A stretch of DNA of 44,891 bases from Reclinomonas americana ATCC 50394. Its lineage: Eukaryota. Position numbers and translations under genes: made by a program. This document shows positions 1-11,035 of the stretch, in pieces. The first letter of the stretch is position 1. The number at the start of each line of letters is the position of its first letter. The stretch is taken from assembly GCA_048213135.1 (NCBI GenBank), contig PS015322.1, positions 8,172 through 53,062 of the forward strand, given 5' to 3'. The notes under the pieces were generated by a model. The model was not told where the DNA came from. It did no database searches and worked only from the letters and a program-made list of their open reading frames with translations.

Positions 1-80
1 AGAGGAAGGGGAGAGGAAGGGGAGAGGAAGGGGAGAGGAAGGGGAGAGGAAGGGGGAGAGGAAGGGGGAGAGGAAGGGGG
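1..80. repeat. (AGAGGAAGGGG)n tandem repeat
   Basis: Direct 11-12-nt repeats visible in the sequence. Confidence 0.9.
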
Positions 81-316
81 GAGTCTAGCGAAGAGTGTGG
101 AACTATAGAAGAGGAGTGTTAGCTTAGCAAGACCTTGTGAGTGGGCGAAGGGAAAGAGGAAGGGGAAGGATGTGTGGGAGGGTGGTTTGTGAAGCGAAAG
201 GAAAAGAGCGACAACTGAAATGATGTTGAGATTGTACCAGTGCACCGAGTGAGAAAGGCCAGTAGTGCCGTGAAGGGGGAGAAAGAAACAGCAAGATTCG
301 GAGACCACTTGCTTAC

Positions 317-1952
317 CTTTCTCCTGGTACAGTTCCACCTGCTCCCGCAAATCCTGCATCGCCGCCAAGAGTACATTGTGCTGCTCGTCGGCGGCAGCTG
401 ATCAACAAGAGGAGCGGTGAGTGCATGCTTCGCTTGCGATGTTCCACGCTAATGTGACGCAACCGAGCGAGGCCTTGGAGCGGTCCAATTCCGCCAGCAG
501 ATCCAGATTCTTGGAGGATGTCTCGCTGAGGTACACCTGCATGCGCTCAATTTCCCCTTGCACACTCTCACATGGCTCCAGTCTGCGCAAAGGTCCAAGG
601 GTCAGCTATTTGCCGCTCACTTGCACCAGTCATTCATCTCAGCAACAGCGAACCTTTGCAACACGTCGTCAAACCACTGACGCGCGTGCAACGTGGTGGC
701 CTTGCAGACGAGATGCTCAAGTAATCGTAGAACCGGTTCGGCATTCTCGTCCACCGTGCACGTGATGCTGTAGGTTGACTGCGGTCGCACGTGCGGAAGA
801 GTGAGCATATGAACAAATTCCCCACGCTGAGTACCTGCACTCTGCTATCTCTGTCCCTCCCTCCCACCCCCACTCAAACACACCATTGTTGGCTTCGACC
901 ACTGCGCATTCTCGTACACGCTCATGCCTCGCGCCAGCACCGTCAAGTTGTATCTCCACCGCGGACGCGCAGGCACCAGTGGCTCCTCCTCCCCGTCCGC
1001 TTCACCCTCTCCTGCAGCAGCAGCAGCCGCCGCCGCCGCTCCTTCACCGTCATAGTAACTGGAACGCACCACGAGCACACGCACAGCATGTCGCAGCGGA
1101 AAGCACTGCACACGACCGCTGTCACTGGCGGCGTCGCCATTCGCCATCGTTTCAAGGTAGAAGGCGCGAGTGGACACGCGCAGAGCCGTGACGCAGTCAC
1201 TGCAGGCGGGTGGGAAATGTCGATGGTGAGTTGCATAATGGAGAGGAGGCGACAAAACCGCCATTGGTGAAAAACTACCATGTTGTACAACTTCTCTGAA
1301 CACGCATCCGCTTGCCACGCTCTCTCTGCATCTCTCACTGATCCACGAGCTGCTGCCAGTGACTGCCAGCAACACGAGTGTGCTGTTCTTCTATCTATCT
1401 CTCTCTCTCTCTCTCTCTCTCGCTCTGTGTGTGTATGTGCATGAAAATCCGCAACTCATCACTCCCCAAGTCATCGTCGTCCTCGTCCTCCTCATCCTCC
1501 TGCGACTTCCTCTCATCGCTGCTCTTGCGCACCACTCCCACACTATCATCATCATCATCATCATCGTCCTCCTCCTCGAGTGGCGTCGGAGCCGGCGGCA
1601 CCATGAGCGCCACCTGCACTCTGTGCGCGACCACGCCCGCCAGCACCGCCTCACAGCCGTTCCCACTGAGCGCACTCAAGGCGGCGGAGAAGAGCGCACT
1701 GGGGATGGTCGGAATACCACTGGCGCATGTCAGGCCTCCGCCTCGCGGAGACATGGAGAAGGCGGAGGATGCGTCGTCGTCATTGGCGAGGCTGTTGCTG
1801 CTGGTGATGGCGGTGACTGGAGGTGGAGAAGAGGGTGTTGTTGTTGTTGTTGTTGTTGCGGAGGTGGTGATTTCATGGTCGTGAGTGCCGTTGTGTTGCG
1901 GCGGGTGTTGTGCGGTGATCAGAAGTGGGGCAAAGAAACTGCTGAGATCCAT
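317..1952 (-). CDS. Spliced protein of unknown function: acidic/low-complexity N-terminus, possible PH-like beta domain, C-terminal coiled coil; 3' end unresolved (may run off the window)
   Basis: ATG at 1952. Frame-consistent GT-AG joins: 1456-1952 (donor GTTGCG at 1455), DTLVLLAVTGSSSWI, KKLYNMVVFHQWR, DCVTALRVSTRAFYLE...WSKPTM, STYSITCTVDENAEPVLRLLEHL, LEPCESVQGEIERMQ..., AAADEQHNVLLAAMQDLREQVELYQEK (donor GTAAGC at 316). The PH-like call is a weak impression. Confidence 0.65.
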
Positions 1953-2597
1953 CTCACTATCTGTGTGTGTGTGCGTGTGCTATGTGTGTGCAGAGGTGGG
2001 AGATTGGTGTGTGTGCGTGCCTCTCTCTATCTGAGTGTGTGTGAGTGCGAGCGGCACGCGCTCGTCGGTGTTGCGATTTCTCTCACGATTGATGAAAAAC
2101 TGTTTGTCCGTTATCGTGAAATCGCTTTTCGTGTGAAAAGCAAGAATTGGTTACGGGTTTTGAGAGGCGAGAGTGGAGTGTGGAAGGAGTGTGACGGGAA
2201 GCGGGGTGTTCTGGGTGTGCACGAGTGGTGAGACGGACACATGAATCGAAAAGCCAAAAAAGGAATTTCCGGACGTCGACGTCTTGCAGTGCCTCCGCTG
2301 GTCGTTGCAGGCATCTTTGGAGGTGGTAGTGACTGTGGACACGAGGAGTGCGAGGATTGAGTGTTGGAGAGGGTGGGGTGGTCAACGTCGACAACATGAG
2401 TGCGAGTTTGTTCGATATGCAATTGCAAGCAACCAATACGCAGCGCGGGCACTTTCGATCACCTTGATATTTGACTCGGGAGGACACAGTGCTCACCACG
2501 ACACGGCAGAGAGTACTGTCAAGCACACAAGTCGATCTCTGTCGCCAATGCCGGTATACGCCCTCCACCTTTATTCTCTTTCATTGTCTGTACTGCT

Positions 2598-5500
2598 CTA
2601 GAAACGAAAGACCAGGTCAAACAGTGAACGCAAATCGATGACGTTGTTGTTGTTGCTGCTGCTGTTCAGCTGGAGTGCGTCCTCAATCCTGCGACTGCAC
2701 TGATCGCTGCCCACCTCCCGACACAGATGCTCCGCCGACACGTAACCAGTCGCCGGCCTGCGATTCGAGATCGCTTGAGCAAGAGCAGTCACGTCGTCTT
2801 TGACTTTCGCTGCCTCCTTGTCGCCGACGGCATTCATCAGAACATCAGATAGGGTCGCCGCAAGGTCAACGTTGCCTGGATGCAAAGCGTTCAGCAGTAT
2901 TTGACCTGCCGCAACGAGCCACACATTGAGGTAAGCATACTCCCAACGTAGCACTCACCTCTTTTTCACCACTATGATGCACGCGGGTTCGACAACCACA
3001 TGCACCGAATGATGCGCAGCGGCCAAGTACACACACAAACACAAAAAACATCAAACATAGATACATACATACATGCACACACACTCTCTCCCACAGAGGG
3101 AGAGAGAGTGAGAGGACTGCTGCAACATGACGAAGCGCCACATTTGGCTGCTGTGTTCTGCACTTTCTCTCTTTCTCTCTCTCTCTCTCTCAGCATCTCA
3201 CAAAAGAGCACTCTTTCCCTCTACACCACTCTTTGTCGAAGCGACCGACTCCTTTGCTCTTGCTCGAGTCCTCTCAACGGTCTGCATCTGTCCACTCCAA
3301 CATCAGCACGCAACTCGTCCGCAGAGGCATGTCACAAAACGTTGGTCCGTAGTACACCGACGCCACAGTCTTGTCGATGACGATGAAACGGCGAAGCTCT
3401 TCGTCGCTTGGGCGTCGTCTCTTCTTCACTGTTCCCCACGCATCGGCGCTCACGTCGGGAATGGCATGCGGCGACGACAGCACGGCAAGCCACGACGCCG
3501 ATGAGTTGTTCTCAATGTAGCGTCCAATCTGCTCATCACCACCATGTCTCAGCACGACATGCACACTTGCATAGCTGCGCCCAGTTGATAAGCCACTCAC
3601 CTCACACGTACGCTGCATCGCGCGCTGAACAGTTTCGGCATCAGCAAAAAGCAACTTGCACTGCTCGAGAATCACAATTTCCTTCTTGTCAACAGTCTCC
3701 ACCACCGTCATGATGTCGCATCCATAGGCATCATTGCTTGTCATGCGCACGACCGGCATCGTCTCGTCTAACTGGCGGACTTTCACCGGCTCAGTTGGTT
3801 TCGTCTGTTATTTCGACATGTCAGTCAACGCAGCAGCTGTTGAGAGCCGAAGGTAGAATCACCTTGCGTGCGAGCTCCTTCTTTGTCAACCAAGAGGGTG
3901 ACCAGCGCGGACCCACAATATCCACTGTCCCTCCGGACCAGCCTTCACGACGTAACGCACTTTTCCACAAGGGGTGGCGCCCAAGAAGACCTGAATAAGA
4001 CTGCAGCTTAGCAAACATGCCACAGAGTGCACACGAATCTCTCAGGAGCACCATACCTATTTTCGCACCCTCCAAACGATAGACAGAAGACAGCCAGGCC
4101 GCAGGTGCCGGGTCCGCCAAGTGTCGCTCAAGTTGCATGGCAATGTACGCTGTACGCCACTTTTCAAACGCCTCAGACGGCTGCAAATCGCCGCCTTCCA
4201 ACCCGACGCTCAAGCTGGCAACACGTGCGGCCAGTTGACCAACAGTCCCCAGTACTTGTGCCTTCATAATGTATGTCGGCGGCACATACACTCGTGCTCC
4301 ATCGTCACTCGCCTGTCCCGCCATGCACGAGTGATTAGCTGTATGGACAAACACTCGCACACACATACACACAGCAACGACACACCTTGCGGAGAATCGC
4401 ATATCCATCTGACTCGGCCTCCTCAATGAATGCAGAATTAACGATCTTGGCGTCAATCGCGGCCAACAGAATAGTCTTCGCCACAGACTTGTCAGAGTCC
4501 GACATACATTCCGCTTTTTTGTGAAGCTTCAAGTCATCAATTGTCAGCAACACCTCCTCTGCATCGCCAGCGCAGATAAGTAAACTCTGCGCACACAAGC
4601 TTTAGGAACGAATAACAATGTACACGCAACGAGGATTTCCGGCAGTCTCCATCTTCATGCACTCTACAGCGGAATGGTCGACGGGGCAGCACAGTAAGTA
4701 CAGAAATAGTCAGGCCACAGCGCGAGAGTCGACGCAACCTACGGCAGCTGTGACTACCTCGATCTGCGATCGCGTCAAGGAGGAACGACTGTCGAGCAGA
4801 GTCCGCAGTGCTCGACTCGTTCGCCAAGCCACGTGAATTGATGCCGGAAGGCCGGCTTCAGTCGCGCCCGAATCTGCGCACTTCAAAATTGGCATGCATA
4901 TACGGGAGAACACAACACACCACTGCGTCACTACTCGGCAAGCTGCAGTACAGTCCATTACCATTCTCTCTACCCAATACTCTAGCGCATGCGACAATTC
5001 ACGCAAGCAGCCATGATCTACACTCACTGCCCGTGTCCATATTCTATATTCGCGCTCTCAGAGACTGTCAGTCACACGTGCAACTCATCATCGCTGAAAA
5101 TGTGTCTACAGATCTACATATACTCCGCACTATTCGTCCAACAGCACGCAACTCGGCACAATGGTCTCGAATATTTGGCGCATGAGCTCGTCTGTTTCCA
5201 GCGGAAGCAGTGGAATGCCGGGGACACGGAGGACCTTAACACCAGAAATTTTCGACACGAGTTCAGCATCCACAGTGATTAATCCGGCAAGCATCGGCAC
5301 CACAAGGTTCGGTGGTTTGCATGAGTCGATGATGGCGCGCAAAGCGTACTTGAGGCGCTGCCGACGGAAACTCTGAGCGTAGGAAACAGTGTGGTGTTGC
5401 TAGTGAGTGTGTCTTCGCAAGCGAGAAAGCAAGGCGAGAGTTTCACATCAGGAGAGCCTCTTTCGCTAAAACACACAACTGCATCGCCGTCAGTGTACAC

Positions 5501-6700
5501 AAACTCCTGAACGTCGTCTAGCAAGCAGATAACAGCCAGTCTGCGAGTGGAAGGCGATAAGCGACATGAAACCTCATGTTCGAGAAGGCAAGTCACTCGA
5601 TTAAACAAACTTGGCATCTGGATTCAGCTTCTTGGCGTCCATGAGATCCAAACGGATGCACTGCATTGCAACCTCAGTTGAGAGCTTCCGCCACGTCTCG
5701 GGATACGCATCGCAGATCTTGTTGAGGATGTCGTAGTAGGCCGTGTTCCGCTTGCAGAAATGCGACAGCAGCAACCGCCACGCGGTGGCCGATAGAATGC
5801 TGTCCTTGGAGGGCGGCATCTGCTTGCCATCGTGTGCCGTGAAGTCCTCGCAGAAAGCGACTCCACCGAGCTTATATGCGTTGTCATACACCAAGTCCAG
5901 CCGATGCACGACATATCCCGCTGCATCGCACACAGATAAATTGCAAGAAAACAACACACCTCTTCCCCTCCACTCCATGCAAACTTTCCTCTCACAACTC
6001 ACCACCCTGCAGCTCCTTCTCAAACTCAGACGCCGCCAACGTCATCTGAAGTGTCTTGCCAACACCTGCCGTGCCCATAAAAGCAGGCACTGCACACCGG
6101 CCCTGGCTCGTCGACCCAGACAACCAGGGCTGGATGAGGTCACGCACGAAGTTCCTGGGCTCATCCTTGGGCAACACGGGAATTCGCAGTTCCATCAGGC
6201 CTGTGTTCGCGTGCACGGCAACACCGTGATTGCGAAACACGCTCTGCAACGCCAGTGGGAGAAAAGCGCTGATCCGCAAAGGATAGTGATCGATCTGTTA
6301 CAATCCATGAGTGAGAGAATGCATGACATAGAGAGAGTGAATGAGAGAGAGAGAGCGAGTCACACACTCTCTTACTCACCCGTCTCTTGTCCCTCATCTT
6401 CCTCATCTCTCTCTCTCTCTCTCTCATCGTTCATCTTTCTCCCTCGCACACACACGCACGCATTTTACACCAACACATTCGTGGCACACTCACCCGAACG
6501 CCCTGTCCACGTGCGTTGTCGTCGCTCTCAATCTCCAACCCGCACACTTGTGCACGCAATCCGTGTGCGTCCACAATGAAGTCGCGCAGCTTGGTGGCAT
6601 TGGTGAAGATTTCTCGCTGCGCAGCCGCGGCCTCTGCAGTAACAATCCAGCGACGACCAGTGGCGAGGAAGCGCGGCAGCACCTTGCGCGCACACCACAT
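2598..6700 (-). CDS. Crinkler/RHS-type (CR) protein: P-loop NTPase followed by a PD-(D/E)xK restriction-endonuclease-like domain; multi-exon
   Basis: ATG at 6700. Walker A GTAGVGKT (~6060-6085), Walker B LAVICLLDDVQ (~5510-5540), 'PMLAGL' strand, REase-like 'DAYGCDIM...VILEQCKL' (~3650-3735), terminal 'VIDK...YYGPTF' (~3340-3385). Most junctions are frame-consistent; those near 4590-4740 and 2900-3150 are unresolved, so the 3' end is uncertain. Confidence 0.65.
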
Positions 6701-6773
6701 TCTTGTCTTGTTTTTTCCGAAGTTTTGTCAACTGCAACGATGTTAACGTTATGTAAATGGATTCCAACCCAAG

Positions 6774-7142
6774 CAGCAACACAGCTGCATAATGGTCACC
6801 ATCTTGAGTGATTAAGAGAGCATCAGAAACTGAGATATCGCGGATCAGCTGCAGCTGCACGACGTCGACGTCGATCGAAATATCGAAGCACGTGTTTGCT
6901 TGACTTTGCCTCCTGAAAGGGAAGATGACTGTTTGGAGAAGACTATCGTTGTTTGTGCCTTGGTCATCGTCGGCAAGGGATTTGTGGGCGTTTATCAAAT
7001 TCACTGCACATGCACACGCGCGCGCAGCGTTTGATTGGCTTTGCCTCCTGAAAGGGAAGACGACTGTTGGAGAAGTAATTAGGTGTTTGTATATTGTTGG
7101 TGTGCCAAGGTCATTGTCGGCAAGGGATTTGTGGGCGTTTAT
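6774..7142. repeat. Modular dispersed repeat, copy 1 (with an internal ~135-bp tandem duplication)
   Basis: ttgcctcctgaaagggaaga at 6907 and 7041; gtcggcaagggatttgtgggcgtttatc twice; cagcaacacagctgcat; gacgtcgacgtc. All have homologues at 24955-25312. Confidence 0.8.
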
Positions 7143-7392
7143 CGCATTATTGGAATGTGGTGAATGAAGTGAATTCGAAGTGTTTTGTTTTTTGATCATG
7201 AACGTCGATGTTCTCTCGACGTCGTACGCCGCATGCGTAGTGGCAAACACTGCACAGCTCAGAGAGGCGGCCTTCTTCCACCACCACCACAGGCACTCTG
7301 CATGCACTGAACTGTATTCCGGCCCGCTGTCCCATTAACGAGAGGGACCATTTTTCAGGCAACAAACCCTCTCCAACTAAACAGCAACAAAG

Positions 7393-7445
7393 ATGGACTC
7401 GACAATCGTGATGGCTGTGCTCACACAGTGGCTGGGCGGGAGAGG

Positions 7446-7483
<38 letters not shown>

Positions 7484-10400
7484 TCTTACTTATTGTCTTG
7501 TGTGNNNNNNNNNNNNNNNNNNNNNNNNNNNNNNNNNNNNNNNNNNNNNNNNNNNNNNNAGAGTGGGAGGGAGGTCGAGATCTCTCTCTCTTTCTTCTCT
7601 CTCTCTCTCTCTCTCTCTCTTTCTGTGTATTTGCGTGTGTGTGAGAGAGATGGGGACAGAAGAAGAGAGAAAGAGAAAAGGAGAGAGAAGGGACAGAAGA
7701 AGAGAGAAAAGGGAAGGAAACGGAGGGGAGATGACAGGAGATTGACAGTGGAGCAGAGAGGTACAGAGACCAGACCTCACTCTTTCTTCGCTCTCTCTCT
7801 CTCTCTGTGTGTGAGAGAAAGGATCAGAAGGGGAAAAGAAAGAGAGGAAAACAGGGAGGGGTAGGGAGAGCGAGAGGCGGATACGATGCAGAACACGCAA
7901 CAGAAAGGTGTGCGCATCTCTTAGCATTGGAATAGCGTTTTGCGTCTTCCTTCGCCATGGACGATAGAGACCTGTTCGCTCCCCTTCTCACTTCCTCCCT
8001 CCCTTCATCACAGCCGTCCCCGACCACAAGCGACGACTGCTCGTCGCCCGTGCCGTGCTGCGGGAGATCATGAACACGGAGCGGCAATGCCTCCGCACCC
8101 TATTTGCATACTTGTCAACCGTCGGCGCCGTGCACCAGGCCTCGGGACTAACGACCACCGACATTGCAGCTGTTTCGTCACTTATTGCACACCTCGCTCC
8201 TTCCCTTTCTCCACTTCTGTGTGCTCACTTTCTCCTGCATTCATGCGCTGTGTGCTCCTCCCCTCATCCCTCATCCCTCTCCTTCCCCCTCCACCAGGTG
8301 ATCGGCCCCGCCGTGCTGCCCCACGCGCCGGCCAGCGACAGCGCCTTCTTTTGCGAGATGTGCATCGACGGCTTTGCCAATATCTTCAACGACGGTCAGC
8401 TGCACCGTGCCCTCTTCTCCTTTGCCGGCAGCACCGGTGACGAGCTCACGGTGCAGGCGGGCCAGCTCGTGAATGGTGCGGTGTTTGTCTGCCTGCGAGT
8501 TTCAGGGAGGGTATTTCTCACTGCCCTTACTTTACACAGTGATCCAGGCGGAGGGCAACGGGTGGGCCTTTGGTCAGATCTACGACCCACAAATTCCCAA
8601 CTCGGTGCAAGTCGAATCCGTCGGCTACCTCCCGCAGTCGTATCTCGAACCGGTGTCTGGCGGTGACGCCACTGGTACTGCAGTTTTTTGCCTGCTCACA
8701 GTCCGCTCTCGTCGCTTTGCTCATCGTGCATGTATACCTGCAGCCATCCTCACCGCCGAGACTCTCCGACAGCACAACGAGCACGTCGGAAGTGCGCCGG
8801 AATCTGCTCAGGGGGGTGCGTCAGCGGCAAGAAAACATTCATTCTCTCTATCTTGCGTTTTTCCTCATCCTTGCCTGCAGGCTCCTTTTCGCTCGGCATG
8901 GCGCTCCCACCCCGAGCCGCCGCCGCTCCGACAGTACTCGACACACTCAGCACCATCCAGCTGCAACAGCAAGCGGCGGAGCGTGCCGGCGATCGCAACT
9001 CACTGACTCGCCTCAAGAGCGAGAAGGACATGGTGCTACGGTCGCACATGAGCGCGGCGATTGTGCGGCCAGGTTCGCCACCGCCACTGTCCACCACTTT
9101 GGGGGCTTTTGCCGATGCTCGTGATGGGCTGATGACGGATGGTGAGTGGATGGAGAAGGGAAGAGCGAGAGGGAGAGAGAGGAGGGGATGAGAGAGAGAG
9201 AGGGAGGACGGGGGGAGAAAGGGAACTCACGCTACTTGTGCAATCTCTTGGCCTTCTGCCGTCTGTAAATTCTTACTCTTTTCTCCTCGCACTGTACTCC
9301 ATTCGACTATCTGCGCATTCTATCTCTCTCCGTGCTGTGTTCGTCTTGCTGTGCTCCACTCCTTTTACTGTGCTCCATTCATCTCGCTATGTCTCGTTCA
9401 TCTCGCTGTGCTCCGTTACTCTTGCTATGCTCCGTTCCGCTTGCTGTGCTCTACCCCTCGCACTGTGCTCCATTCGACTCTCTGCGCCCTCTATCTCTCT
9501 CCGTGCTCTGTAACTCTTGCTGTGCTCTACTCCTTTTACTGTACTCCCGCTATGTTGCGTTCCTCTCGCTGTGCTCTACTCCTCGCACTGTGCTCCATTC
9601 GACTCTCTGTGTTCGTTCCTCTCGTTGTGCCCCGTTCCTGTCACTTTCCTCTGTTCATCTCTCTGTGCTCCGATCCTCTGTCTGTATTCTATGTCTCTCG
9701 CTGCGCCTCCGCCTCTCGCTGTGCTCTGTTCGCCTCGGTGTTCGCTTCCTTTTCCCATTTCTCTCATGCTACGTTTGTCTCTCCCCTCACGCCCTTCCCC
9801 CCCTTTCCTTCATACCCCTCAATTCTTCTTCCCCAATCCTCCCCCCTTTTCCCTCTTCTCGCAGGCCTCATCACCTCACCCACCTCCACCATTGTCGGCG
9901 GCATGAGCGGTCCATTCAGTCCACTCGCCGATCACCCGTCACAGTCGTACCAGCAGCAGTCGCTTCCGCCACCCTCACAGCTGTACGCGCAAGCAACTGC
10001 GCTGCCATCGTCGCTTCCCCACCCGCAGCCTGTGCCTGCCTCCGCCGCCTCCTCTGTCCACGGCGAGCTGCCACCGCTGGCTCCACAGCCGGCTGAGCAC
10101 ACAGCGCCAGTGTCGCACATCGATGCCGGCGCGATTGAGCCGTCGGCTGTGGGCCTCGCGCCGTGGACACCGCAGTCTGTTGCTCTCCACCCAATCGTGT
10201 CAGCGTCTCCCATTCCATCACCGCACATTCATCGTCCTGCGTTGGTCGGCTACCAAGGTGAGAGCGCGGGAGACGGCACTTTTCCTTCTTTCCACTCTCT
10301 TTCCCACTCCTGCGCTCACACGCTCGTATCGTCTCGCAGCTGGTCCGTCTGCGGCCGGACGACCCACGCTGCAGCCGCTGCGATTGGACTCGATGGACGG

Positions 10401-10979
10401 TGGTGCTGGTGTGAATGTTGCACCTTCTGGCACGGTGTCGTTCGGTTCGTTTGCGCCGATGCGTGAAGCGCATTCTAATCCGTTGCCTGACATCATCACT
10501 TGTTTGTTCAGCGTCCACAACCCTCACCAATCCCGGAGTGCAGGCATCTGGTTGCGTACTCTTGAATAGCACTTCAGTATTCTCCTCTCTCTCTCTCTCT
10601 TTCTCACGCACGCAACTTACTCTCCTTCTCCCCCTTCTCACTCTACTTCTTCTTTCTGTCTTCTTCTTCTTCTCTCACACGCTCCCCGTCCCTCTCACTC
10701 CTCTCTCCCTCTCCTTTTCCTCTCATTCTGCCTCTCCTCTCCTCTCCTCTGCTCTCCCTTCCTCGCTCTCTCTTCTCTCTCTCTCCTCCCCCTCTCCCCT
10801 CCTCTCCTCTCCTCTCCTCTCCTCTCCTCTCCTCTCCTCTCCTCGCCTCGCCTCGCCTCTCCTCTCCTCTCCTCCCCTCTCCTCTCTTCTCTTCTCCTCC
10901 TCCTCTCCTCTCCTCTCCTCTCCTCTCCTCTCCTCTCCTCTCCTCTCCTCTCCTCTCCTNNNNNNNNNNNNNNNNNNNN

Positions 10980-11035
<56 letters not shown>

